DNA of 20,000 nt from the sequence record SRR31156797_8657; one strand, written 5' to 3'. Positions 8,892-18,170 of this stretch are shown piece after piece. The first letter of the stretch is position 1. Each line of letters begins with the position of its first letter. The notes beneath the pieces are model-generated. The model was not told where the DNA came from and made no database searches. It was given only the letters and a program-made list of their open reading frames with translations. The position numbers and the translations under genes were made by a program.

Positions 8892-11800
8892 TGGATAATG
8901 ACATAAATACAGGTTTAACCATAATCAAGGCCTCTGCAGGTTCAGGCAAAACCCACAGATTGACCTACGAATATGTAAAACTTGTATTAGCTGACCCCCA
9001 GAAATTCAAAAATATTTTGGCAGTAACCTTTACCAACAAAGCTACTGCTGAAATGAAATCTCGCATACTCAGCGAGCTACAAACCATTGCAAGGCATCCA
9101 CCTAAAAGTAAGATGATTGAGGAATTGACCCAGGATCTAAATCAGGATATTCAATCATTGTCCCAAATAGCCTTCCAATTAGTAAAATCAATCCTACATC
9201 AATACGCGTTTTTTAATGTTTCCACCATTGACCATTTTTTTCAGAATATCATTAGAAGTCTCACAAAAGAGCTTGGTTTAAATGGCGGTTACAGAATACA
9301 GCTGGATAAAGATGAAATTATTGAAGCAGCTGTGGAAAAGTTCCTGCATGATTTATATGAGAACGAAGAGCAAATGAATATCATGCTTGAATACATCGAT
9401 TCTCAGATGGATGATGAAAAGTCTTGGAATGTAAACAGACATTTGATTGATTTTACAAAACAACTATTCCGCGAGCAGGTTAGGCATTTCTTCATTAAAA
9501 ATAATGGATCAATAACCGGTGAAACACCTATTAAACATGTAAAAAGCAAGCTAAAAGAAACTATTTCCAAGTTCGAAGAGAAAGCCAATAAGTGGATTAA
9601 ACAATATGATGCTTTAATCGATAGCGCCAATTTACAACCGGAAGATTTCACCGGAAAAACAAAAAACCCATTATTATCAGCAAAAAATAAAATCAAACAA
9701 AAGAAATACACAGAACTTGATAAAAATATTGAGAATATAAACAATCAGGATCAGTGGTCACACAAAAAATCTGAAAATGCAATTCTGGTTGAAAGCCTGG
9801 CACCTGAGTTTGATAAATTAAGCAACGAACTAGCCAGCTTGTATGAAATTGATTTGCCTTTATACCTCGAAGCCAGTGCCATTTATAAACGTATTTTTCA
9901 GCAGGCATTAGCTTCAGGATTAATGAAGAAAGTATCAGAAATACTAGCTGATCAAAACCTTTTTATGCTCGCCGATGCTCCTGTACTACTCAACCTTTTC
10001 ACCGATGGTCAGGATACTCCTTTTATTTATGAAAAAAGTGGCTGCATTTTCAGACATTATATGATTGATGAGTTTCAGGATACCTCAGCTTTACAATGGG
10101 AAAACTTTAAACCTTTGCTTGAAGAATCTCTGGCTATGGGGTATTCCGGAAATTTTATTGTAGGAGATGTAAAACAAGCCATTTATCGATGGAGAAATGG
10201 TGATTGGACACTACTTCATAAAAAGGTTGGTCAGCAAATAAGACAAACAACTACTGAAATTCTGAACCAGAACTGGCGAAGCAAAGAGAATATAATTAAG
10301 TTTAACAACTTGTTTTTCAAGCAAATAATATCAATTGTAGGAGATGAACTTGGTGAAAGATATGCCAGTGAGTTGCAAGAGATTTACAGTGATATTGAAC
10401 AATATATACCCAATCAATTAGAGGAAAAGAAAAAAGGTGGTTATGTATTTATTAAATCTATTGATGAAAAAAAACGAGACGACTTTATACAGGCATCTCT
10501 GGTTGAATTGAAGAATCGGATTATTACCCTAAAAGAAAATTACCAAATTGATGATATTTGCATTTTAGTGCGAAAAAATGATGAATTAACTGCAGTATCT
10601 GAATATCTTATCAATGAAACCAATTACGAAATAATATCGTCAGGCTCACTTACTTTAGGTAGCTCAAAGCTTTTGCAGATTATTATTACATGTTTGAGAT
10701 ACCTCTCCTCACCCCACGACTTATACCTTAAAACAATAGCCTATCTAATTCACAAAGAACAAATTAAAATTGAAAACTTCCATATAATATTTGGCAGTGA
10801 AAACAATAGTTTGCTACCTGATGGTTTTAATCATCTAATAGACAGTTTAAAGCAAAGTCCGGTATTAGATATTATTGAAAAACTTATCAATGGATTAAAT
10901 CTAGTTTCGATTTATCCTAATCAGGAAATCTTTTTAGCAAGGTTTTATAATGAGATTAAACAACTTACATTTGAAAAAGGAAGCAACCTGAATACTATTT
11001 TAGAATGGTGGGATTCAAAAGGGACAACTTTGAATATTGAACTCGCCGAAACGAATACAAGCAGTATTAAAGTGCTTACGGTTCATAAAAGTAAAGGACT
11101 TCAATTCAAACATGTGATCATACCATTTGCGCAATGGTCAATTCCCCAAAAACAAGATACGCTTTGGTTGCCCGGTGATTCTTTTTCTTTCCATGAAACC
11201 CAGGGAGGTTTATTTCCGGTTAATCTCACAAAAAACCATATAATGTGCAATAATTTATCAGCATATTACGAAGAAGAAGACTTTGCAAATCAAATAGATA
11301 TAATAAATATTCTATATGTTGCCAACACAAGAGCAGAAGAGGGACTTCATCTCATTTATCAACAAAACGCAAGATTGAACAGCGACATTTCTAAATACAT
11401 ACATAAAGCGCTGAATACCGAAAATGAATTATCTGAGCTAATGGTTCAAACAAGTGACAATACATTTGAGCTTGGAGAATTAGAAGCATCAGACAAATCA
11501 CCAGGCGATGCCCTTCCATTGATAAACATTACCTTTCCATCGAAAACAAATCTGCAGGTTAAATCCACAAAGCAAAGCATATTCCAGGAAGGTGCCTATG
11601 ACAATTATGCTGCAGCGTTGGGTTCTTTTTGGCACAAAATATTTGAACGAATAATTGTGACAAATGATATTGAACAAGCTGTATATAAACAACTTGACCT
11701 AGGCAACATTAATAAAACGCAAGCTGAAATTCTTATACAACAAATTCAAACCTGGCTTTCAAAACCAGAAATTTCCATGTGGTTTGATTCCGAAGTAAAA

Positions 11801-12037
11801 GTGCTAACTGAAACAGATATAATTATACCAGATCAACAAATTCGAAGACCGGACCGGGTTGTAGTACATGAAAATGGTACAGATATTATTGATTACAAAT
11901 TTGGAAAATCTGAATCAATTGCGCACAAAAAACAGGTAAATGAGTATTGTGAATTATTCAAAACCATGGGCTTCAATAATGTAAAAGGCTATATCTGGTA
12001 TCCACTACTTAACAAAGTTATAGGTACTCAACAATAA
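8891..12037 (+). CDS. UvrD-family helicase with C-terminal PD-(D/E)XK nuclease (AddA/RecB-like)
   Basis: ASAGSGKT, VTFTNKAT, DEFQDTS, VGDVKQAIYRWR, NWRS, TVHKSKGL and LYVANTRA helicase motifs. C-terminal RPDRVV...IIDYKFG nuclease motif. TAATG overlap with holA. Confidence 0.92.
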   Translation: MDNDINTGLTIIKASAGSGKTHRLTYEYVKLVLADPQKFKNILAVTFTNKATAEMKSRILSELQTIARHPPKSKMIEELTQDLNQDIQSLSQIAFQLVKSILHQYAFFNVSTIDHFFQNIIRSLTKELGLNGGYRIQLDKDEIIEAAVEKFLHDLYENEEQMNIMLEYIDSQMDDEKSWNVNRHLIDFTKQLFREQVRHFFIKNNGSITGETPIKHVKSKLKETISKFEEKANKWIKQYDALIDSANLQPEDFTGKTKNPLLSAKNKIKQKKYTELDKNIENINNQDQWSHKKSENAILVESLAPEFDKLSNELASLYEIDLPLYLEASAIYKRIFQQALASGLMKKVSEILADQNLFMLADAPVLLNLFTDGQDTPFIYEKSGCIFRHYMIDEFQDTSALQWENFKPLLEESLAMGYSGNFIVGDVKQAIYRWRNGDWTLLHKKVGQQIRQTTTEILNQNWRSKENIIKFNNLFFKQIISIVGDELGERYASELQEIYSDIEQYIPNQLEEKKKGGYVFIKSIDEKKRDDFIQASLVELKNRIITLKENYQIDDICILVRKNDELTAVSEYLINETNYEIISSGSLTLGSSKLLQIIITCLRYLSSPHDLYLKTIAYLIHKEQIKIENFHIIFGSENNSLLPDGFNHLIDSLKQSPVLDIIEKLINGLNLVSIYPNQEIFLARFYNEIKQLTFEKGSNLNTILEWWDSKGTTLNIELAETNTSSIKVLTVHKSKGLQFKHVIIPFAQWSIPQKQDTLWLPGDSFSFHETQGGLFPVNLTKNHIMCNNLSAYYEEEDFANQIDIINILYVANTRAEEGLHLIYQQNARLNSDISKYIHKALNTENELSELMVQTSDNTFELGELEASDKSPGDALPLINITFPSKTNLQVKSTKQSIFQEGAYDNYAAALGSFWHKIFERIIVTNDIEQAVYKQLDLGNINKTQAEILIQQIQTWLSKPEISMWFDSEVKVLTETDIIIPDQQIRRPDRVVVHENGTDIIDYKFGKSESIAHKKQVNEYCELFKTMGFNNVKGYIWYPLLNKVIGTQQ

Positions 12038-12236
12038 ATAATGCAAATGATTATTTGTAAAAAAAAATTTCTCTCAATTCATTCCATTAATTTATTTCTG
12101 AATACTTCTCTTAATATGTGTATTTTATGATAATAATTTGTATTTTCAAGTGTTTATAATTGGTTTCAAGTAGTAATGCATCACACAACAACCTGTTAGT
12201 GTAAGATGCTTAACTTAGTAATTTTAATATCCTGGG

Positions 12237-14459
12237 ATGCAAAAGGAGGAAATCAGGAGAAATAAGAATATTGATCTGGAAACATTTGCAGCATTATTTG
12301 AAGAAGATATAATTATCTTGAATCAAAATATGCAAGTGGTTTACATGAATAGTGCTGCAATGAAAAATCTTGCAATCAATGATTATAAACCTCATCAAAC
12401 AGATTGCAAAGAAGTATTTAAAAATTTAAACCCAAATTGCACTATTTGTAAAATTCCAAAATTAGAGGAGAATCAAAAAACGATTCACAATTATTCGTTT
12501 GATGAAACTAATGATTATCAAATTATTGCAACAATACTATCATCTAAAATAACTCATGAAAAACTGATTTTATTAAAAGGTCAAAAATCACCTAAAAAAG
12601 ATATAAGTGAAAACACAAATAAATCAAAAGTCTGGAAAATTAATATCAGCATTGACCATAAGATCATTGATTCAGATGGAAATTCAAAATTATTCTCTAG
12701 ACTAAGCAAAGAAGAGGTTTTAAAAAGCAATTTAATTTTTTCAGATTTTCTGCATGAAAATTATAAAACCTCCTATTTGAGGGCACATCAAAAAGCTATA
12801 GACTCCGGCAAACCTGAAGAATTGCTAAGTATCTTAAAGACAAACAAGGCTGAGCAAAGAGTTTTACTAAAGCTTATACCAAATAAAACAAAAAAATTCA
12901 CAGATTGTACGATTGAAATAACCTCATTTTTAAAAGATGTAGAGGATGAAAAAACGCAATTTGAAAATTTAAGAATACAAAAGTACCTCTACACAATTAC
13001 TGATAATTTTGCGCGGGCAGATAACATCCAAAAAGGTTACAAATCAATGGTAACATTGGTAAATGAAGCCATCGATTCCAGACTATGTGGTATTATTCAT
13101 TTTAAAGACAAGAAAAAACTTTTCATAAAATCAGCACTAGTTGGAACAAACTATCACCATAATACTGAACCTGAAATTGATCAACCGGATGTATTACCTT
13201 ACTTTACTCGCCAATTAATTATAAATGATATCATTACAATTCCAGATGTCGGACAATCAAAAGTGCTTTATAAAGACGAACTGAAAAAATCTGGAGTACA
13301 ATCATTTTTTGCGCTCCCACTCAAACATAACCTAAGGCTTGTTGGGGCTATCATACTTGGTTTTTCAAAGAAGAGAACCTGGCAAAAAAACCATATCGAT
13401 TTCATAAAATCTATTGGTTCAATTGTGCTCCACAGTCTATTACAAGACGAGGTTAGTGAAAAGCTTCGTAGGGTAAATGAAAACTTCCTTAATATCTTTG
13501 AAAGCAGTAGCGATGCTGTATTTATAGTTCAGTTAGATGGTCAAATTAAAGAAGTAAATCGGGCAGCCGAAACATTAAGCGGCTACAGTCGTAAAGAATT
13601 GACTCGTAAAAATGTATCTGAAATATCAAAATCAGAAAAGTTAAATCTCTCAAAATTACCTTATGAAATGTTGCAATCTCATCAAATGATTTTTGGAACA
13701 GAATTAATCAATAGAAATGGAGAAAAAATAGCGATTGAGACAAGAGAAAAAATGATACGTTTTGAAGATCAGTTATCAGTATTAATTATTGCCAGAGATG
13801 TAAGGCACCGGAGAGAAATTAATAAAATGATGGTTCAAACCATCTCTGAAACTGAAGACAATGAAAGAAAGCGAATTGCAGAAGGTTTACATGATGATGT
13901 AGGCCCCCTTTTAAGTACTTTACGCATTTACATCGATTTATTAAAAAATGAAAAGCTTACTGAACAGGAAATCGATGAATATGCCATTAAAATGAATGAA
14001 ATAATCCATCAAACTATTGAAACAGTAAGAGAAGTATCAAGAAATTTGATGCCGGGAGTATTAAACGATTTTGGCTTAATTGAAGCGTTAGAAGATTTCT
14101 GTATAAAAATTAATAAAACAGGGGTTTTAAGAATTAATTTTGATTATGATGCAAAACATTATAATTTAGGAAACTCAATCCGAAATGTTATTTACACAGT
14201 CATAAAAGAGCTTATCAACAATTCTATTAAACATGCCGATGCCAGTGAGATACACTTAAAATTGAATCAAAATGGTAAAGATTTAATAATTTCGCTAGAA
14301 GATAATGGAATTGGATTCGACATGGAAAAAACAATAGATCAGGACAATAGCGGATTAGGCTTAAAGAATTTAGTTAGTAAAGTAAATGCCATATCAGGTG
14401 AAATAGAATTAATAGAAACAAAAGGTTTCGGAATTAAAATAAGGGTACCAATAAAATAG
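12237..14459 (+). CDS. Cytoplasmic PAS-GAF-PAS sensor histidine kinase, HisKA_3 (NarX/NreB/UhpB) class
   Basis: H-box ERKRIAEGLHDDVGP, N-box KELINNSIKHA, EDNGIGF and GLGL. GAF-like SFFALPL...LVGAIILG and PAS-like FESSSDAVFIV...VNRAAETLSGY. Confidence 0.92.
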   Translation: MQKEEIRRNKNIDLETFAALFEEDIIILNQNMQVVYMNSAAMKNLAINDYKPHQTDCKEVFKNLNPNCTICKIPKLEENQKTIHNYSFDETNDYQIIATILSSKITHEKLILLKGQKSPKKDISENTNKSKVWKINISIDHKIIDSDGNSKLFSRLSKEEVLKSNLIFSDFLHENYKTSYLRAHQKAIDSGKPEELLSILKTNKAEQRVLLKLIPNKTKKFTDCTIEITSFLKDVEDEKTQFENLRIQKYLYTITDNFARADNIQKGYKSMVTLVNEAIDSRLCGIIHFKDKKKLFIKSALVGTNYHHNTEPEIDQPDVLPYFTRQLIINDIITIPDVGQSKVLYKDELKKSGVQSFFALPLKHNLRLVGAIILGFSKKRTWQKNHIDFIKSIGSIVLHSLLQDEVSEKLRRVNENFLNIFESSSDAVFIVQLDGQIKEVNRAAETLSGYSRKELTRKNVSEISKSEKLNLSKLPYEMLQSHQMIFGTELINRNGEKIAIETREKMIRFEDQLSVLIIARDVRHRREINKMMVQTISETEDNERKRIAEGLHDDVGPLLSTLRIYIDLLKNEKLTEQEIDEYAIKMNEIIHQTIETVREVSRNLMPGVLNDFGLIEALEDFCIKINKTGVLRINFDYDAKHYNLGNSIRNVIYTVIKELINNSIKHADASEIHLKLNQNGKDLIISLEDNGIGFDMEKTIDQDNSGLGLKNLVSKVNAISGEIELIETKGFGIKIRVPIK

Positions 14460-14472
14460 AAAATATACTGCC

Positions 14473-15111
14473 ATGAATATCTTACAAGCATTTATAGTTG
14501 ACGACCATGCGATTTTCAGACAAGGATTAACGCTTATGTTGAATAAAATCAACAATATCAAAGTGATAGGCGAGGCTGAAAACGGCAAAGAATTCCTTGA
14601 TAGTATTGAGAAATATAATCCTGACCTGGTATTTTTGGACATTAAAATGCCTGAAATGGATGGAATAGAAGCAGCTAAGGAAGCCTTTAAAATTAAACCG
14701 ACGATTAAAATAATTGTCATGACCATGTTTGAAGAACCAGCCTATTTTAATAAAATGGTTGAATTAGGGGTACAAGGGTTCTTACTTAAAAATGCTGAAA
14801 TGATGGAAATTAGAAAAGCCATCACAAGAATTAGTGAGGGAGACACTTATTTTTCAGAATATTTACTTAAAAAAATCAAAGAAGAAGGAAACAACGAAGA
14901 TGGTAAAGTAAACATAAAATTCTCCAAAAGAGAAAAAGAGGTTTTAGATCAACTTTGTATGGGGCTTTCAAATCAAGAAATTGCAGATAAATTATTTATC
15001 AGTCCAAGAACTGTAGATGGTCATCGGGCCAATCTTTTAAGTAAAACAAATTCTAAAAATACTGTAAGTCTGGTATTGTTTGCAGTTAAAAACAATCTGG
15101 TAGAATTATAA
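14473..15111 (+). CDS. NarL/FixJ-family response regulator (REC + LuxR HTH)
   Basis: IVDDH, FLDIKMPEMDG, GFLLK, and C-terminal SKREKEVL...GLSNQEIADKLFISPRTVDGHR. Starts 13 nt after the HisKA_3 kinase. Confidence 0.95.
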   Translation: MNILQAFIVDDHAIFRQGLTLMLNKINNIKVIGEAENGKEFLDSIEKYNPDLVFLDIKMPEMDGIEAAKEAFKIKPTIKIIVMTMFEEPAYFNKMVELGVQGFLLKNAEMMEIRKAITRISEGDTYFSEYLLKKIKEEGNNEDGKVNIKFSKREKEVLDQLCMGLSNQEIADKLFISPRTVDGHRANLLSKTNSKNTVSLVLFAVKNNLVEL

Positions 15112-15173
15112 GTATCAACCTTTATACTAAAAAGGTACAATTATTGCGGTTTATAAAGGAAAACTAGAAGAAA

Positions 15174-15536
15174 ATGGATAGGGCCAAAATTCTTATCGTA
15201 GATGATGCCGATAACAATTTATTGTTGTTACATGACTTGCTCTCAGAGTTAGAATATGAGGTGCATGTTGCAAACAATCATAATGAGGCGCTCAGAATAA
15301 TAAATCTTCATAAACCTCACCTAATACTTTTGGATATAATGATGCCTGAAATGGATGGATTTGAGCTCTTCGAAAAAGTTAAAAAATCAAATCCTGCTAT
15401 TAAAGTTATCTTTATTACTGCAAAGTCTGGCAGTGATGATCGAACAAAAGCCATGGAAATGGGTGCGTCAGACTATATCGTTAAACCAGTAAATATTTTA
15501 AACGTAATTGACAGTGTTAAAAACGCCCTCTCCTAG
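15174..15536 (+). CDS. Stand-alone receiver-domain response regulator (CheY/DivK-like)
   Basis: 120 aa with ILIVDD, LLDIMMPEMDG, FITA and KP motifs. No output domain. Confidence 0.92.
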   Translation: MDRAKILIVDDADNNLLLLHDLLSELEYEVHVANNHNEALRIINLHKPHLILLDIMMPEMDGFELFEKVKKSNPAIKVIFITAKSGSDDRTKAMEMGASDYIVKPVNILNVIDSVKNALS

Positions 15537-15807
15537 CCCACATATCACACATTATCAACACCTTAACTCAACAACCCACCTATTAAATACAGTATTATTA
15601 CCTGTTTTTTTAATCTTGTTCATATTTTTTCCAATCAAATAACAACTATTAAAATACTGTATTACAATACTATACATCTCAATATAAGTATTTAAAATTA
15701 TTCTTAATCAGGCAAAATTACGGTTTCTACCCCATTTACTTAATGCTATTTTTATAGTCTGGTTATACCATGAAAAGGTATAATTTCAATATTAACCGAA
15801 AAAGTAA

Positions 15808-16176
15808 ATGACAATTCTCAAAAAAATACTCATAGTAGATGATTCATTCAATAATCTGCTGTTACTGGAAGATTTATTAACTGAAATGAACTATGAAATA
15901 ATTGTGGCTGACAATGGATTAGATGCCATGCAAAAAGTAGACATTAGTCAGCCTGATCTTATTTTATTAGATGTAATGATGCCAAAAATGGGAGGGTTTG
16001 AGATGATGGAAGAAATGAATAAAAATGGTATCAATATTCCGGTAATAGTTATAACAGCTAAAAATACAGAAGAAGAGCGTAAAAAGGCAGAATCACTTGG
16101 GGCTGAATTTTTTATTACAAAACCGGTTAATATTAATGATATACTCGATAAAGTTGAAAGGGTTTTTAATAAGTGA
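15808..16176 (+). CDS. Stand-alone receiver-domain response regulator, paralog of 15174-15536
   Basis: 122 aa with ILIVDD, LLDVMMPKMGG, VITA and KP motifs. No output domain. Confidence 0.92.
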   Translation: MTILKKILIVDDSFNNLLLLEDLLTEMNYEIIVADNGLDAMQKVDISQPDLILLDVMMPKMGGFEMMEEMNKNGINIPVIVITAKNTEEERKKAESLGAEFFITKPVNINDILDKVERVFNK

Positions 16177-16195
16177 TTTTTCATTTTCATTGATG

Positions 16196-16225
16196 AGGCG
16201 GGTTTATAAGCCCGCCTTTGTTTTT
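16196..16225 (+). terminator. Rho-independent terminator after the response-regulator cluster
   Basis: GC-rich stem AGGCGGGT..GCCCGCCT (16196-16217) followed by TTGTTTTT. Confidence 0.85.
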
Positions 16226-16338
16226 GCATTTAACTATACTACAACACATTAACTACACTTTTTCTCATTATTAAACTTCCAAAAAAAGATTTAGTGCAAA
16301 ACATGATAATTTTCATAAGAATTAATTATCAAAATTTA

Positions 16339-16346
16339 TAGATTTG
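16339..16346 (+). promoter_or_regulatory. Bacteroidota -7 promoter element upstream of pruA
   Basis: TAGATTTG matches TAnnTTTG and ends 39 nt before the ATG at 16386. Confidence 0.5.
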
Positions 16347-16385
16347 TAGACATTTTAAATTAAACTACATTAAAATAATAAAGTT

Positions 16386-18014
16386 ATGCCTAAAGGATTT
16401 TTCAATGTACCCTATCCAAAAAACGAGCCGATCAATGATTACGCTCCGGGTTCAAAAGAAAGAGCTGAGCTTCAGAAAGCTATCGAAGAAATGCGCGCTC
16501 AGAAAGTAGAAGCAGCAATGATAATTGATGGTAAAGAGGTAAAAAGCGGTAATACCGTAGAGATGCATCCTCCACATGATATTCACCATAACTTAGGTGT
16601 TTTTCATAAAGGATCAGCAGAGCATATTCACCAAGCTATTGACGCTGCTATGAAAGCTAAACCAGCATGGGAAGCACTTTCGTGGGAGCACAGAGCATCT
16701 ATCTTTTTAAGAGCTGCTGAATTATTAGCAGGTCCTTATCGCGCGAAAATTAACGCTGCCACAATGATTGGCCAGTCGAAAAATGCTTTCCAGGCAGAAA
16801 TTGACTCAGCATGTGAGCTTATTGATTTCTTAAGATACAATGTGTACTACATGACTGAAATCTATAAAGAGCAACCTGAATCATCTAAAGGTATTTGGAA
16901 CCGTTTAGAGTGGCGTCCATTGGAAGGATTCGTATTTGCATTGACTCCCTTTAACTTTACAGCCATTGCAGGTAACCTTCCTACCGCTCCAGCCATGATG
17001 GGTAACACAATTGTTTGGAAACCTTCCAATACACAGATTTATGCTGCCCGCATTTTAATGGAAGTATTCCAAAAAGCTGGTTTACCTGATGGCGTAATCA
17101 ACCTTGTATACGTTTCTGGGCCTGTTGCCGGTGATGTATTATTCCAGCACCCTGATTTTGCAGGAATTCACTTTACAGGTTCTACAGAGGTATTCCAAAA
17201 CATCTGGAAAACAATCGGAACTAACATACATAAATTCAAATCATATCCACGTATCGTAGGTGAAACTGGTGGAAAAGACTTCGTGATGGCTCACCCATCA
17301 GCTGATGTTCCTTCATTGATTACTGCACTTACTCGTGGTGCTTTTGAATACCAGGGACAAAAATGCTCAGCTGCTTCACGTGCCTATATTCCAAAGAGTA
17401 TTTGGCCAGCAGTTAAAGAAGGCTTGGAACGCGATATCAAATCAATAAAAGTTGGACCAACTGAAGATTTTAGTAATTTCTTCAACGCTGTTATTGATAA
17501 AGCTTCTTACGATAAATTATCAGGTGCAATTGACAAAATCAAAGCTGATAAAGATGCTGAAATCGCTATTGGTGGTGAATATGATATGAGTAAAGGTTAT
17601 TTTATTCACCCTACAGTAGCTGTTACTACTGATCCAAAATACTGGACAATGGAAGAAGAATTGTTCGGACCTATTTTAACTGTTTATGTATACGAAGACG
17701 ATAAATATGAGGAAACTTTAGATATCCTTGATTCAACTTCAATGTATGCACTTACAGGATCTATCTTTGCAGAAGATCGTTATGTAATTGAGCAAGCTGC
17801 AATACGTTTGAAAAATGCTGCAGGTAATTTCTACATTAACGACAAACCAACCGGAGCTGTAGTAGGTCAGCAGCCATTTGGCGGAGCTCGTGGATCAGGT
17901 ACAAACGATAAAGCTGGTGCAAAAATTAATTTATTACGTTGGGTATCTCCACGTACCATTAAAGAAACATTTGTTCCACCAACAGATTATCGTTATCCTT
18001 TCTTAGGAGAATAA
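16386..18014 (+). CDS. pruA: L-glutamate gamma-semialdehyde (delta-1-pyrroline-5-carboxylate) dehydrogenase
   Basis: NEP..YAPGS, QAEIDSACELIDFLR, PFNFTAI, FTGST, ETGGKD, FEYQGQKCSA and NFYINDKPTGAVVGQQPFGG are ALDH4/PruA signatures. Confidence 0.95.
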   Translation: MPKGFFNVPYPKNEPINDYAPGSKERAELQKAIEEMRAQKVEAAMIIDGKEVKSGNTVEMHPPHDIHHNLGVFHKGSAEHIHQAIDAAMKAKPAWEALSWEHRASIFLRAAELLAGPYRAKINAATMIGQSKNAFQAEIDSACELIDFLRYNVYYMTEIYKEQPESSKGIWNRLEWRPLEGFVFALTPFNFTAIAGNLPTAPAMMGNTIVWKPSNTQIYAARILMEVFQKAGLPDGVINLVYVSGPVAGDVLFQHPDFAGIHFTGSTEVFQNIWKTIGTNIHKFKSYPRIVGETGGKDFVMAHPSADVPSLITALTRGAFEYQGQKCSAASRAYIPKSIWPAVKEGLERDIKSIKVGPTEDFSNFFNAVIDKASYDKLSGAIDKIKADKDAEIAIGGEYDMSKGYFIHPTVAVTTDPKYWTMEEELFGPILTVYVYEDDKYEETLDILDSTSMYALTGSIFAEDRYVIEQAAIRLKNAAGNFYINDKPTGAVVGQQPFGGARGSGTNDKAGAKINLLRWVSPRTIKETFVPPTDYRYPFLGE

Positions 18015-18052
18015 TTATTAAACCAATGAGGTTGAAATACATATAATTATCA

Positions 18053-18133
18053 ACGTCATTGCGAACGAAGTGAAGCAATCTCGTTCAAGCTATTTGAAAA
18101 AGATTGCTTCGTCGTTCCTCTTCGCAATGACGT
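18053..18133. repeat. CGTC-tagged palindromic (REP/REPIN-like) element
   Basis: 13-bp perfect terminal inverted repeat ACGTCATTGCGAA (18053-18065) / TTCGCAATGACGT (18121-18133). Inner 10-bp pair GAAGCAATCT (18072-18081) / AGATTGCTTC (18101-18110). Innermost TTCAA/TTGAA. A T8 run follows at 18137-18144. Confidence 0.85.
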
Positions 18134-18170
18134 CGCTTTTTTTTGTATACCTCGCATAAAAACAATCACT

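Noticed and set aside
7051..12037. Anti-phage defence system (nucleosidase plus helicase-nuclease)
   Set aside because: The nucleosidase is a housekeeping-type Amn, the helicase looks like AddA, and they are separated by the core gene holA in a housekeeping context.
15719..15734. NarL-type inverted repeat TACGGT-TTCT-ACCCCA
   Set aside because: Only 4 of 6 positions are symmetric, too weak to support without comparative data.
15174..16176. Chemotaxis cheY genes or pseudogene fragments of hybrid kinases
   Set aside because: No cheA, cheW or MCP genes are nearby. Both ORFs are intact full receiver domains with their own starts, stops and catalytic residues.
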